This document shows, piece after piece, positions 50,630-63,429 of a stretch of 64,000 nucleotides of DNA. How positions within the stretch are numbered: the stretch's first letter is position 1; each line of letters opens with the position of its first letter. Both the position numbers and the translations under genes were made by a program. A model generated the notes under the pieces. It did no database searches, was not told where the DNA came from, and saw nothing but the letters and a program-made list of their open reading frames with translations. Source of the DNA: Mobula hypostoma (lineage: Eukaryota); NCBI RefSeq assembly GCF_963921235.1, contig NC_086097.1, forward strand, positions 44,394,001 to 44,458,000, in the 5' to 3' direction.

Positions 50630-51508
50630 TTTGCTGATGATACAAAAGTTGGGGGTGTTGTGGATTGTTTGGAGGGTTGTCAGGTTACAACGGGACATCG
50701 ATAGATGCAGAACTGGGCTGAGAAGTGGCAGATGGAGTTCAACCCAGTTAAGTGTGAGGTGGTTCATTTTGGTAGGTCAAATATGATGGCAGAATATAGT
50801 ATTAATGATAAGAATCTTGGTAGTGCGGAGGTTCAAAGGGATCTTGGGGTCCGAGTCCATAGGACACTCAAAGCTGCTGCGCAGGTTGACCCTGTGGCAT
50901 ACCGTGTATTGGCCTTCATCAACCGTGGGATTGAGTTCGATCCGAGAGGTAATGCTACAGCTATATAAGACCCTGGTCAGACCCCACTTGGAGTACTGTT
51001 CCCAGTTCTGGTCACCTCACTACAGGAAGGATGTAGAAACTATAGAAAGGGGGATGTTGCCTGGATTGGGGAGCCTGCCTTATGAGAATAGGTTGAGTGA
51101 ACTTGGCCTTTTCTCCTTGGAGAGATGGAGGATGAGAGGTGACCTTATAGAGGTGTATAAGATGATGAGAGGCATTGATCGTGTGGATAACTAGAGGGTT
51201 TTTCCTAGGGCTTAAATGGCTAAGACAAGTGGGGCATAGTTTTAAGATGCTTGGAAGTAGGTACAAAAGGGATGTCAGAGGCAAATTTTTCACAGAGTGG
51301 TGGGTGCGTGGAATGCACTGCTGGCGAAGGTGGTAAAGGTGGATACAATAGGGTCTTTTAAGAGACTCTTAGATAGGTACATGGAGCTTAGAAAAATAGA
51401 GGGCAATGCAGTAGGGAAATTCTAGGCAGCTTCTAGAGTAGGTTACATGGTTGGCACAACATTGTGGGCCGAAGGGCCTGTAATGCACTGTAGGTTTTCT
51501 ATGTTCTA
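50630..51508 (+). mobile_element. CR1 LINE 3' fragment, same subfamily as 42390-44303
   Basis: MQNWAEKWQMEFNP..EVVHFGRSNMMAEYSIN is shared with ORF 43049-43261. Ends in a TTCTATG repeat tail. Confidence 0.9.
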
Positions 51509-51696
51509 TATACCCAATGACCTAGCCTCCACAGGCTTCTGTGGCAATGAATTCCACAGATTAACTACGCTCTGACTAAAAAAATTACTCCTTATTTCCG
51601 TTCTAAAGGGAAACCTGTCTATCCTGAGGCTGTGCCCTCTGCTCCTAGACTCCCCCACCATAGGAAACATCCTCTCCATGTCCACTCTGTCTAGGC

Positions 51697-51780
51697 CAGG
51701 GGTTCCCAACTTGGGGTCCATGGACCCTCCTGGTTAATGGTAGGGCTCCAAGGCATTAAAAAAAGGCATAAAAACTCCTG
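51697..51780. mobile_element. Short hAT (Charlie-like) MITE
   Basis: CAGGGGTTCCCAAC...AAAACTCCTG inserted at a TCTAG-centred site (GTCTAGGC/ATCTAAGT) within the CR1. Confidence 0.7.
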
Positions 51781-52909
51781 ATCTAAGTCTTTCAACCTTC
51801 AATAGGTTTCAATGAGATTCCCTCTTCATTCTTCTAAACTCAAGTGACTACAGGCCCAGAGCCATAAAATGCTTCTCATATGTTAACTCTTTCATTCCCA
51901 GGATTCTTGTAAAACTCTGAACCCTCTCCAAAACTGCTCATAGTACTCCAAGTACAATCTGACCAATGCCTTATAAAGCCTCAGTATTACATCCTTGCTT
52001 TTATATTCTAGTCCTCTGGAAATGAATGCTAACTTTGTATTGGCTTCCTTACTACCTGCATCATTTTGCAAGTAAGCCATTAGGGAATCCTGCATTAGGA
52101 CTCCCAAGTCCTTTTGCACCTCTAATTTCTGAATTTCATCCTTGTTTAGAAAATAGTCTGTGTCTTTATTCCTTCTACCAACTGGCATGACCATACTCTT
52201 CTCTATACTGTATTCCATCTACCATTTCTTTGACCATTGTCCTAATTTGCCTACATCCTTCTGTAGACTCCCTGCTTCTTCAACAATACATGTCCCTCCA
52301 CCTATCATTGTATCGTCCGCAAACCTGGTCACAAAGATCTGAAACCTTGTGACTCAGCAAGACTAGACATAATTTCAAAGAGCTGTATTTAAAAATAAAT
52401 GTGCATTTACATTATTTTAGTGGAATCAGAGAGACATATCATGTTGTATGGCCTGAATATGGTTAGCCACACAGGAAATCTAGATGTCATTGCTACATAT
52501 CTTCTAATTATCTTATTCCAATTAAGTCAGGACTTCAAGGTAACTCTCTTGTTATTAGGACTTGTGTGACATTGCTCGATAATGTTCTGACTCAAAAGAA
52601 ATCAAATGCAGCATTACAGCTATTGACCTTATCCATTAATATGCACATGTTGGGTCAGTAACATCATTTTATTAAAAAAAAACCTGTGCCCTAAAAGCAT
52701 GATGCAATATTTCACCATTTTGATCTGCAGAGAATGCTGTAACTTCAACATGGCTTTTAAAATTTGAAATGTGTTTAATTTGTTCTTTTGAAAGTATTTC
52801 CAAACTGTTTAAAAATATATATAATGGAAGTTATAATCCATTGCATTTTCAATTTGTAGATTTTCATTTTGTAAAAGCTTGTTTATTTTGAGATATTTCT
52901 ATTATATAG

Positions 52910-53092
52910 GTGGCTGCAAGATGTTTTCAATGTACCTCTTGTAATTCAGTTGACTGATGATGAGAAATACCTGTGGAAAGACATAACACTAGAGCAAGCC
53001 TATAAATATAGTATTGAGAATGCTAAAGACATCATTGCTTGTGGCTTTGATCTGAATAAAACCTTTATCTTCTCCGATCTGGATTATATGGG
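52910..53092 (+). CDS. WARS1: WARS1 coding exon 5 (183 bp)
   Basis: [24 protein letters not shown]...[14 protein letters not shown] boundaries. Confidence 0.97.
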
Positions 53093-54119
53093 GTATGTTC
53101 ATAGTTCTATTACAAATGTATTTTCATTAGAGTTTTTCTTTAGAATAATAGTTTTTATGTAAATGTGAGGAGCAGTAGTGATGTCTTGGCTTTGATTTTA
53201 ATAAAAAGTCTTAACACAGAAATATAATGAGAACAAACAGATAATGGGGATTGTACTTGTTGTTTCAGCTGGGGAGTTACTTCCCAAAAAAATTGTTGAA
53301 TTAGTAGCTGATTGCATTTCTTACTCTAATGGCTAGAAGATCAATTTTGCTGAATTGGAAAGCGATTAACCCTCCTACGGTATTTAATTGGTTTTCACAA
53401 ACTATGGTATGTTTGAATTTGGAAAAAAATTAGAAGTGCGGTTTATGACCCTTCCATTAGATTTGAAAAAACTTGGAGGCCATTCATTCAGCATTTTCAT
53501 TTGATGTAATTTGACCATTTCCAAACTTGTTTTATTTCTCTGTACTGTTGGTTGAGAGGAATGGAGTCGTCGACACTAAGGTTTTCTTCTTTCCCATTTT
53601 CAAGTTGTTAGTATTGCCCAAGTCTTTTAGTTTAGTTGACTAATTCTGTTTAGTTTTTTTGGGGGGATGGGGTTTGTTTTTTTCTTCTTTTTCATGATTC
53701 TTCTTCAGTTTTTTTTTTGCTTTGTATTATTCACTATTATTCTGCACGATTGGGAGCTTTGTTAATTTTCACTATTTGGTTTTACAATTACTCATCTTAA
53801 ATGTAACAATGCATCTCCTACTACTTGTATTTTTGCTTTGTTATGTTTTCATTCTATGAAATTAACAAAAAGATTGAAAGAGAGAGAGTTAGTAGATTAC
53901 GCAATAGTTTGCCTGCAGCAGAGAGGAAAGTCACTGCAGAGGGGGAATTTGTTCAGCAAAAAATGTTATGGTATATGTAAATTTGTAAAATGAAAAATTA
54001 TGAAGATGTTTAACTCAAAAATAATGCCACTGAAGTGAATTAAATTAGTGTGCTTATCACTAAATTATTAATACTTGCACATCTCCTAATCTTGCAAAAT
54101 GAGGATGAGCTTCCATATT

Positions 54120-54311
54120 TAAAAATGTAAACACGAGGAATTCTGCAGATGCTGGAAATTCAAGCAACACACATCAAAGTTGCTGGTGAACGCAGCAGGC
54201 CAGGCAGCATCTCTAGGAAGAGGTACAGTCGATGTTTCAGGCCAAGACTGTTCATCAGGACTAGGGTCTCGAGGCCTTCTGCGTTCACCAGCAACTTTGA
54301 TGTGTGTTGCT
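54120..54311 (-). mobile_element. Penelope-derived short insertion with an internal inversion
   Basis: 14-bp TSD TGAGCTTCCATATT at 54106-54119 and 54312-54325. A - strand copy (54129-54264) is followed by a short + strand piece of the same unit. Confidence 0.88.
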
Positions 54312-54768
54312 TGAGCTTCCATATTGATTGAATTGCTCGTCCACACAGCCAGTACTGATTCTATGGACCAAATGTATCCTCCTGCACTGTTAACCATGAT
54401 ACATGTGATAGATCATTTATGAAGCATAGAAGTGATTCATCACTGAATAAACTTTCCTTTTGTGATTTTGTTAGTTAATTTAAAAGCCTCTATTTCCATT
54501 AAATATAAGGAGCTCTTTTTAAAAAACAAAGATTAAGATTAGCTTTATTTGTCACATGTACATCAAAACATTGGGTGAAGTTTGTGTCAAATCAAATCAG
54601 CAAGGATTATGCTGGGCACAAATGTGGCCACATTTCTACCACCAACCTAGCATGCCCACAACTCACTAAGCCTAGCCGTACAGTTTTGGAGTGTGGGAGG
54701 AAACTAGAGTACCCAGAGGAAACCCACCTGGTCGGTCATGGGAAGAAAATGCTAACTCCTTACAGTTA

Positions 54769-55398
54769 CACAAACAACAGGAATTCTGCAGATGCTGGAA
54801 ATTCAAGCAACACACATCAAAGTTGCTGGTTACGCAGCAGGCCAGGAGGCATCTCTAGAAAGAGGTACAGTCGACGTTTCAGGCCGAGACCCTTTGTCAG
54901 GACTAACTGAAGGAAGAGTTAGTAAGAGATTTGAAAGTTGGAGGGGGAGGGGGAGATCCAAAATGATAGGAGAAGACAGTAGGGGGAGGGATGGAGCCAA
55001 GAGCTGGACAGGTGATTGGCAAAGGGGATATGAGAGGATCATGGGACAGGAGGTCCGGGAAGAAAGACAAGGGGGGGGGGAACCCAGAGGATGGGCAAGG
55101 GGTATATTCAGAGGGACAGAGGGAGAAAAAGGAGAGTGAGAGAAAGAATGTGTGTATAAAAATAAGTAACAGATGGGGTATGAGGGGGAGGTGGGGCATT
55201 AGCGTAAGTTAGAGAAGTCGATGTTCATGCCATCAGGTTGGAGGCTACCCAGACGGAATATAAGGTGTTGCTCCTCCAACCTGAGTGTGGCTTCACCTTT
55301 ACAGTAGAGGAGGCCGTGGATAGACATGTCAGAATGGGAATGGGATGTGGAATTAAAATGTGTGGCCACTGGGAGATCCTGCTTTCTCTGGCGGACAG
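54769..55398 (-). mobile_element. Penelope-like element, 5'-truncated (630 bp)
   Basis: 15-bp TSD AACTC(C/T)TTACAGTTA at 54754-54768 and 55399-55413. ORF 55199-55459 has DLPVATHFNSTSHSHSDMSIHGL...EEQHLIFRLGSLQPDGMNIDF (C-terminus of the GIY-YIG domain). Confidence 0.9.
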
Positions 55399-57052
55399 AA
55401 CTCTTTACAGTTAGCAGCTTGAATTGAGCGCTGATCTTGCAGCCAGTGCTATGAAACATGGGCTAACCACTCCACCCCACTTCATCTACTTTTTATAATT
55501 CATTGACCAAAGAGGGGAAATACGATGGGAAACATAAGGCTACTTGCTTGTGGAACTTATGCCTTTATAAATCTCATATTTCATATTTTGTTATGCAATC
55601 AACCCCCTAACTCTATGATTTCAGTGCAAACCAATTACTCCCAATTATTTTCCCTGTAATATACTGTATGCTTTCTCACAAACTCATCGATTCTCTCCTC
55701 CCTGATTCTTCAAACACCCATCTACTTTTGGAGTAATTTTCAGAACCCATTGAACTTGATCATCAGCACATTTGGGACAACACACCATCTACTGGAAGGA
55801 CATCACAGCACAACATCATGGGCCAAATGACTTGTATTGTGCTGTACCATTCTATGTTTTAACTCAGCAGGTCAAGCAGCATTGTTGGGAGGAGAAATAC
55901 TGTCAACATTTCAGGCCAAAACCTTGCATTAAGGCAAAGAATGGAGAGGCGAGTTAGCCAGCATTGAGAAGAGAAGGGCAGTGGCAAGAAAGGAATCCAA
56001 GGTGAACTGAGAAGGAGTGTAAGGTGACAGGCAGAGAGGGGAGGTGTGTGGGGGTGGAGTTGGGAGACGGTGGCAGTGAATGGTAGATGGAAGCAGATGG
56101 AGAGAGGAAAAACAGATTGAGCATGGTGGGAGTATATCTGGGATATGGGGGGCTTGGGTTGTGATGGGGAAAACCGGAGCCCTTGAGTAAAACCCACACG
56201 GTCACAGGGAGAATGTACAAATTCCACACAGTCGGGATCTAAGATTAAGGTTGAAGCCTTGTCATTAGAACTGTAAGACAACAGCACTACCTAATATACC
56301 ATAGTGCCTTTTCGTTTGTCTTGTGAACCAGCTATCCCATACTTGCAAAATTGCTGGAATGGACCTGGTTCCAAGCCTCCCTTCTGCCCAAATCATACCA
56401 TACAACTGGCTACTGGAGGTAGCTGAGGTCAACAGGACATGGCCTTCCCTTTCTGTGCATCCTCACCATGATATTAAAATGAACGGTACATGGGAGCTCC
56501 GGTACGTTACCAGAGAATATTACGTAGGAAATAGGTGTAGGAGTGAGCTATTTAGTCCTTCTTTCCTGCATACTATTTAGTACATTCGAGGCTGATCATC
56601 CACTTCAGTACATGTTCATCATGAGTATCCTCCCTGTATCTAGTCTGTCTTATACTGTTATAATTTTATAGATTCTATGAGATCTTCATTCATTCTTCCA
56701 TACTCCAGTGAATAAGGACTCAACATATCCAATTTATCTTCATATATCAATCCTGCCATCTCAAGAAATTAATATAATAAACATTATTTTTTATTGTTAT
56801 TGAGCCAGTACATTCCAACTCAGATAAAGACGCCAAAAACTTTACCAGAAACTAGATTGGTTTTCAGCAAGGCCCTGTATAGCTGTTACAAGATATACTT
56901 GTGCTCTAAATGTAAGTGTACCATTCACCTTATCAGCAACTTATTGCATTTGAGATACATGGCTATTAAGAAATCTGCTAAACCACCATTTTATATATAA
57001 GCTTTTACCCAAAGAGACTGCATTTAATATCTTAATTCTTGTTTTGTTATAG

Positions 57053-57153
57053 GCAGAGCCCAGGTTTCTATCATAATGTGGTTAAAGTCCAGAAACATGT
57101 TACTTTCAATCAAGTGAAGGGAATCTTCGGATTTGGGGATAGTGATTGTATAG
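57053..57153 (+). CDS. WARS1: WARS1 coding exon 6 (101 bp)
   Basis: [34 protein letters not shown]; donor AG|GTAAGA. Confidence 0.97.
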
Positions 57154-58179
57154 GTAAGATTGGCATTGCTTATTTTCCAAGTTAAGATGTTTATCAGTTG
57201 GTGAACCTACCATTGTACTTTAATGTTTAATTTACATATTGGACATCCTGTGCTCATAAAAGGGGCAATCTTACTGTGTCTTATATTCTTTTTATAATGG
57301 AAACTGCTGCCAATCCTTGGAGTTTCAAAGATAGGAGCTTCATTTCACCATGCAAATATACCTTGAGAATTTTTTTTATATTTGTGCAAGAGCCTTTGCT
57401 GTCACAATTAATGGTACTTGAGAATCCTCACATCCCATTTATCAATACTAAGACTCAGCTAATTTAAACTGAAAATGCAAATATTAGATTGTATCTGGGG
57501 AAAATCTTTTCACTGTGCAACAACAGAGCTTCTGAAGTGGCAAGAGCATGTCAGGATAGTTGACAAGAGTATTATTAAAATTGATAATGGATCACATAAC
57601 CAGATGTTAGGGCAGGTGAATAATGCCTATAGCAAATTGTTAGGTTTTAAGGAGCCATTTAGAGAAGGAAAGAGAGGTGGAGAGGACATAGGGCCATTGC
57701 AACTCAAAGGCATAGCCTTCAATAATATAGGAGTTAAATATGTGTGTTCTCAATAAACCTGAATGGGAGAGGCATATGTATTTTACAGGATTATTCTGTA
57801 TGGCCATGTGAAACATGTGATCACATTGACAGTATGGATAAAGTCATTGGAAGAATTCGAAAACTAATATGAGAACTTGCAGCTTCACTTAATTGGAACC
57901 ATTCCAGTTTGACAAAGTGAGGGAAGATTTGGTGAAACATAGCGCCTGAGCAGTCGGGTTTTGGATAGCCTTAGGTTTATAGAGAATTAAATGAGGAAAA
58001 CTAGCCAGGAATTCATTTGAAAGTACCAGAAGAAGTAACATTATGAAGGAGGAGGCATTAATGATCTTTAAGTGCATAAGGATAGATTAATCCCAGGGAC
58101 CTGATCTGGTATATACTAGGACATTGTGGAAAGCAAATGAGGAGCTTGCTGATGCCCGAGCAGAGATTTTGCATCTTTG

Positions 58180-59830
58180 ATTGACCATTGATGCTTTCCT
58201 CACCTGTATTTCCTTCATTTCCCAAACATCCGCGCTCACCCCAGCTTCCTGTTGCTTCAACAGTGATAGAGTTCCTCTTGTCCTTACTTACCACCCCATG
58301 AGCCTCCGCATCCAACACATCACTCTCTTCAATTTCCACCTTCTCCAAAGGGATTCTACCATCAAACATATTTCTATCTTCCCCCCTGCATCCCATCTTC
58401 TGCAGGATTGCTCTTTTCATGATTCCCTTGTCCTTTCATCCCTCCTCAATAATCTTCTTCCTGGCAGTTATCCCTGCATGTGGCCAAAGTGCTAGGCCTG
58501 CCTGTACACCTCCTCCCTCCCATTCATTCAGTGCCCCAAACAGTCCTTACAGGTGAGGCAATGCTTCACCTGCGAATCTGCTGGGGTCGTCTATTGTGTC
58601 CAGTGCTCCTGATGTGGCCTCCTCTACATTGAAGAGACCCGTCATAAATTGGGGGGAATGGGTTCGTCAAGTACCACTGCTCCAACCACCAAAAGCAGAA
58701 CTTCCCAGTGGGCAAGCATTTTAATTCCAATTCCCATTCCCATGGCAAAATGTCAGTCTATGGCCACCTCTTGTGCTAATAAGAGGCTACCTTCAGGATA
58801 AAGGTGCAACACCTTATATTCTATCTGGGTAGCCTCCAATCTGATGGCATGAATATTGATTTACCCTCCCCCTCCACTCTCCTATTCCCCAGTCTGGTCC
58901 CTCACCTCTACTCACTTCTGTCACCTCCCCCGGGTCCCCTCCTCCTTCCCTTTCTCCTATGGTCCACTTGTTAAAGTCGAATCTGAATAAGACTCAGGAG
59001 ACCAGCTTCTTATAGTTACAACAGTTTATTGTGCATCCTACTGCAGGAGTTTGAGACCCAGTAGTCAGAGGGAAGGCACGTAAGTACTGCCACCATCCAA
59101 CAAGTAGACCCACTTAGTCAGGTTACAGCCATATATTTATACATAGTAAGCCCCATACATTACTGTTGCAAGGTGTTATTAGAACTGGTACTCACACCAA
59201 GTCTGTTGGAGCAAAACTTAATTACTTAGATGAGAGAGTCCACTAAATCAAGGTTTTAATTACAGATGGATGTACTGTCTATTCCTTATCAGTTATTCCC
59301 TTTGCTAGGCCCTGACTTAATTACAGACAGATATCATTCCTGTCCTTATCGGTGAGTCCTCCTCCCCCTACTTAACCGAGGGTACAATGTTATCAAACTC
59401 TCAATGTCTCTCTGCAAACCAAGGAGAACTGGTAATGAGCTTGTTTTAGCTAACTGCTGAAGACAGAGTTTAGTTCAAAAATTCCTATTCCGTCCCAATT
59501 ATTCTTTTAGCCAGAGGTATTTTAGGTTCAAAATGATTTTTTTATATTCTCAATTCCTCACACTTTGCTGTCCTATCAGATTCCTTCCTCTCCAACACTT
59601 TACCTTTCCCACCCACCTGGCTTTACCTTTCACTTTTTAACTGTCCTCCTTCCCCTCACCTCACCTTTTTATTTTGGCGCCTTTCCCCTTCCTTTCCAGT
59701 CCTGAAGAAGGGTCTCAGCTCAGCTCGACTGTTTATTCATTTCCGTAGATGCTGCCTGATCTTCTGAATTTCTCCAGCATTGTGTGTGAGTTGTTTTAGA
59801 TTTTCAGCATCTGCAAAATTTCTCGTATTT
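58180..59830 (+). mobile_element. Penelope-like element fragment interrupted by a solo LTR
   Basis: DRVPLVLTYHP and QVRQCFTCESAGVVYCVQCS*CGLLYIEET (GIY-YIG). The 3' region resumes at 59565. Confidence 0.85.
58969..59560 (-). mobile_element. Solo LTR (592 bp) of a second, unrelated family
   Basis: TG...CA termini and a 4-bp TSD CACT (58965-58968, 59561-59564). On the minus strand, TATAAA (~59136-59141) precedes AATAAA (59025-59030). Confidence 0.85.
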
Positions 59831-59834
59831 ATAA

Positions 59835-60670
59835 TTTTGTATCTTCATCAGCCGTAGGTGAGGTATTGGATGTCTGAGAAATACCTAATGTTTTGGCTTT
59901 AAGAAGGGCTGCACGCACAAGCAGGAAAATGTAGGCCAGGAATCTAAATTCAGTGGTGCGAAGATTAGTGAAAGGCATTCTGAGGAACAGGATATATTTG
60001 GAAAGGCAAGGACTGATCAGGGGTAGTCAGCATGGCTTTGTTCACGGGAGATCATATCTCAAAAAATTTTAGTTTTTCCACGGGGTGAACATGATAATTG
60101 ACAAGCAGGACAGTAGACATTGTCTACTTAGCCTTTGATAAGGTCTCACCTAGTAGGCTGGTCCAGAAAGGTAGAATACATGGGATCCTTGGTCAGATGG
60201 CAAATTGGCTACAAAGCTGGCTTGGTCTAATAAGCAGACAGTGGTAGCAGAGGGTTTATTTTTAAATTAGAAATCTGAATCACTGGTTTGCCACAGGGAT
60301 CGGTGCTAGATCCTTTATTGTTTGTCATATATATTAATGATTGAAGGAGGCATAAAGGAGTGAGATAGATCAGCTGGTTGAGTGGTGTCACAACAACAAC
60401 CTTGCACTCAATGTCAGTAAGACCAAGGAATTGATTGTGGACTTCAGAAAGAGGAGGTAGAAAGAACACACACCAATCCTCATCAAGGAGTCAGTGGTGG
60501 AAAGGATGAGCAGCTTCAGGTTGCTGGGCATCAACATCCCACAGGATCTATCCTGGGCCCCATGTACTGAGGAATCACAAAGAAGGTATGTTAGTGGCTA
60601 TAAGTCATTTGGAGTTTGAGGAGATTTGGCATTGTCACCAAAGACTAGCAAATTTTGACAGATGTACCAT
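59835..60670 (+). mobile_element. Decayed CR1 RT fragment followed by a Rex1-type fragment
   Basis: AGTCAGCATGGCTTTG...CCACAGGGATCGGTGCTAG is CR1-like. From ~60345, GAGTGGTGTCACAACAACAACCTTGCACTCAATGTCAGTAAGACCAAGG is Rex1-like. Confidence 0.7.
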
Positions 60671-61310
60671 TGTGACCATTTATCTTACACCCAACTGTGA
60701 TTGTGGAACCTTCCTACATACTGGTTGACACTTTTTTACATCTTTGACTACTTTTGAAAAATAATTAATTGTCCATAAAGTATTGCTGGAGTACCACATG
60801 GACCACCAGGGATTAAACAGGAGATTTTAGAAGTACAAGCATCTGTGAGTTCAGAGAGAGCTTATTCCAGGGGCAGACAGGCAGACACAAACAGTGGTAA
60901 TTAGGGATTTGGATGACAAACAATGGAAGTAAGTGAACAGAGAACATCAGCCTGTGATTGGGATGAGACCACATGAGAATGGATGACTCAAGTTTCTGTA
61001 TTGTGAAATTTACTTGGAGGGAGGGAGTAAGAAAGGATGCAAGAACAATGATTTTAAGTAGAGTGCTAGAAAAATTGAGTAGCCTTTCAAATCAGTCAAT
61101 AATAAATTTCTTAGAGCAGAGTCTGAAGGAGAAATGCTGTGAGGTTATCTCTGAGAAAATGTTTATATTTGGGTGGCAATGAAAAACAACTGTTTTAATC
61201 GGGGCTATAAGATTTTTTGTGGCATATATTGTTTTTAATTCTTTTAAGTATTTGATTGCTGTCATTAAGAAACATATTTAAAACTCTTCATTTTTTTTTT
61301 AAATTGGCAG

Positions 61311-61423
61311 GAAAGATCAGTTTCCCTGCAATACAGGCTGCTCCGTCGTTCAGCTCCTCATTTCCACAAATCTTTAATGGCCGAAAGGATATTCAGTGTC
61401 TTATTCCATGTGCCATCGATCAG
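61311..61423 (+). CDS. WARS1: WARS1 coding exon 7 (113 bp; AIDQ motif)
   Basis: [41 protein letters not shown] boundaries. Confidence 0.97.
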
Positions 61424-62361
61424 GTCAGTGCTTAATATCAAAATAAATCGTGTTTGAAAAGTGCCAATGCTTTTTATTATAAGATTGCAGAGATTGCATT
61501 ATTTTTTCCACAGTATTTCAGCTTCAAGTGCACAGAATGAGATTATATTTTCTCTACAAGTCGTTATTATATACTACTGTCAGCCAAAGAGAACGGAGGC
61601 AGGCTTGATTCGTTGTCTGTGTGAAAGTGACGATTTGAAGGGGAGAAAAAAAATTTCCCTTTTTTCCGGGTTTAGTTATCTCTGAGCCAACACAATTAAA
61701 AGAGAACTATTTAGCCATTTGTCATACTACCAGTTGAGAGATCTTTTTTATTTACAAATTGGCTGCCATACTTTATTGCATCATTAACCACATTTCAGAA
61801 ATAATAACCGTGCAATATGCTGGAATGTCAAAAGACCATGTAAAACTGCGCCTCTAAATAGAGAAAATATTTGTACTATTACTCTTAATAGATGCCCTTC
61901 AAGATGTTTAGAAGGTCAGTTTGGCAAAGGCTCTGTTTTGGGTAGCTTTTCACATTGGAGAACCTGCCACTTCCTTAACAAACCTAAAGAAGCACATGCC
62001 TGAGCTTGGAAGTTCAGTATGGTTTGGTATCAGCAAATGAATTGTCATCTCACCATTTGGAAGGAACACATAATAGTGCAACAAAGGTTTAGTTACATCT
62101 CTGGGTGTAGGTAATTCAGTGTAGCAAGTTTGAGTATGTTATAATTTTCAATTTGCACTTAATAAATATCGCTACATCTACGTCAGATTAGGGATTGTAA
62201 ATAAGGTATGTTAAATCAAAGATTTTACTGGTCATTTCTCTTACTGCATTGATAAACTTCTAAGTGCTTAAATTAGACTCAGTAATTATTTATTAGCTCA
62301 AGAATCAGTTTTTGAGAAACAAGCTGAAGTCTTATTATTTGTGCATATGCTTTTTCCATAG

Positions 62362-62583
<222 letters not shown>

Positions 62584-62681
62584 TGAGGAATCGAAGATGT
62601 TTTGCATTACTATTCTTTGAAATTAAAATTTCAAATTATACAACGTCAATGTACTTAATTCTTATTTTTTGTTTCACTCAG

Positions 62682-62822
62682 ATCAACAAGCATGCATTTT
62701 CAGGAGGTAAAGATACTATTGAAGAGCATCAGCGTCTTGGTGGCAATTGTGAAGTGGATGTATCTTATTTGTACTTGAGGTTTTTCCTGGAAGATGATGA
62801 GAGATTGGACAAGATAAAGCAG
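62682..62822 (+). CDS. WARS1: WARS1 coding exon 9 (141 bp; anticodon-binding domain); last exon is outside the window
   Basis: [47 protein letters not shown]; donor CAG|GTCAGC. Confidence 0.97.
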
Positions 62823-63429
62823 GTCAGCAGAGTTTATTAAAAACTTAATTTTATTCATTTCAGTCCCCTAAAATGATAATGTTACATAACAACTTTGTCA
62901 TGTAAAGGGTGGTTGATGGTCAGTGCAAACTCTCTGGGTCTAAGGGCCTGTTTTTGGGCCCGCTCTCTGATTCTTTGATGAACTTATTTTCACCAAAATA
63001 CAATACAAAAATCACAAGTAAACAGGAACTGAAGTAGGCTGCCTGCCTGCCATTCAATGTGATCATGACAGATCTGTCCCAGGCCTACATAGCCCTCAAT
63101 TCCTTAATCTTAAAACAAAATCTACCTGCTCTTTAAATACATTCAGTGATCTACTTCCACACGTGCAGTATTCCAGAGATTCAGCACCTTCTGTGGCAGC
63201 TCACATCCCTTCACTTGAGACTCTACCACAGGTTAGGGCAACTCAACATTTGCTCTGTCATGCCCTCATAGAAAAAAGGTGATGCAACTGAAACATACAT
63301 ATATAGGATTTCATATGTTTCATTTAGATCAGCTGTCGTCTCAACTTTAAAGAATACCATCTAATCTTTTAGCCATTATGACAGGACAACCCAGGAGTTA
63401 GCCTCATGAATTGCATTTGAACGGCAGCC

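Larger units (their letters stand above)
50475..52340 (-). mobile_element. CR1 fragment (50475-50629 plus ~51509-52340) split by another CR1 and a hAT MITE
   Basis: AACCTCTGCTTTACATA resumes as TATACCCAATGACC. ORFs 51506-51721 and 51892-52218 are CR1-like. Confidence 0.8.
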
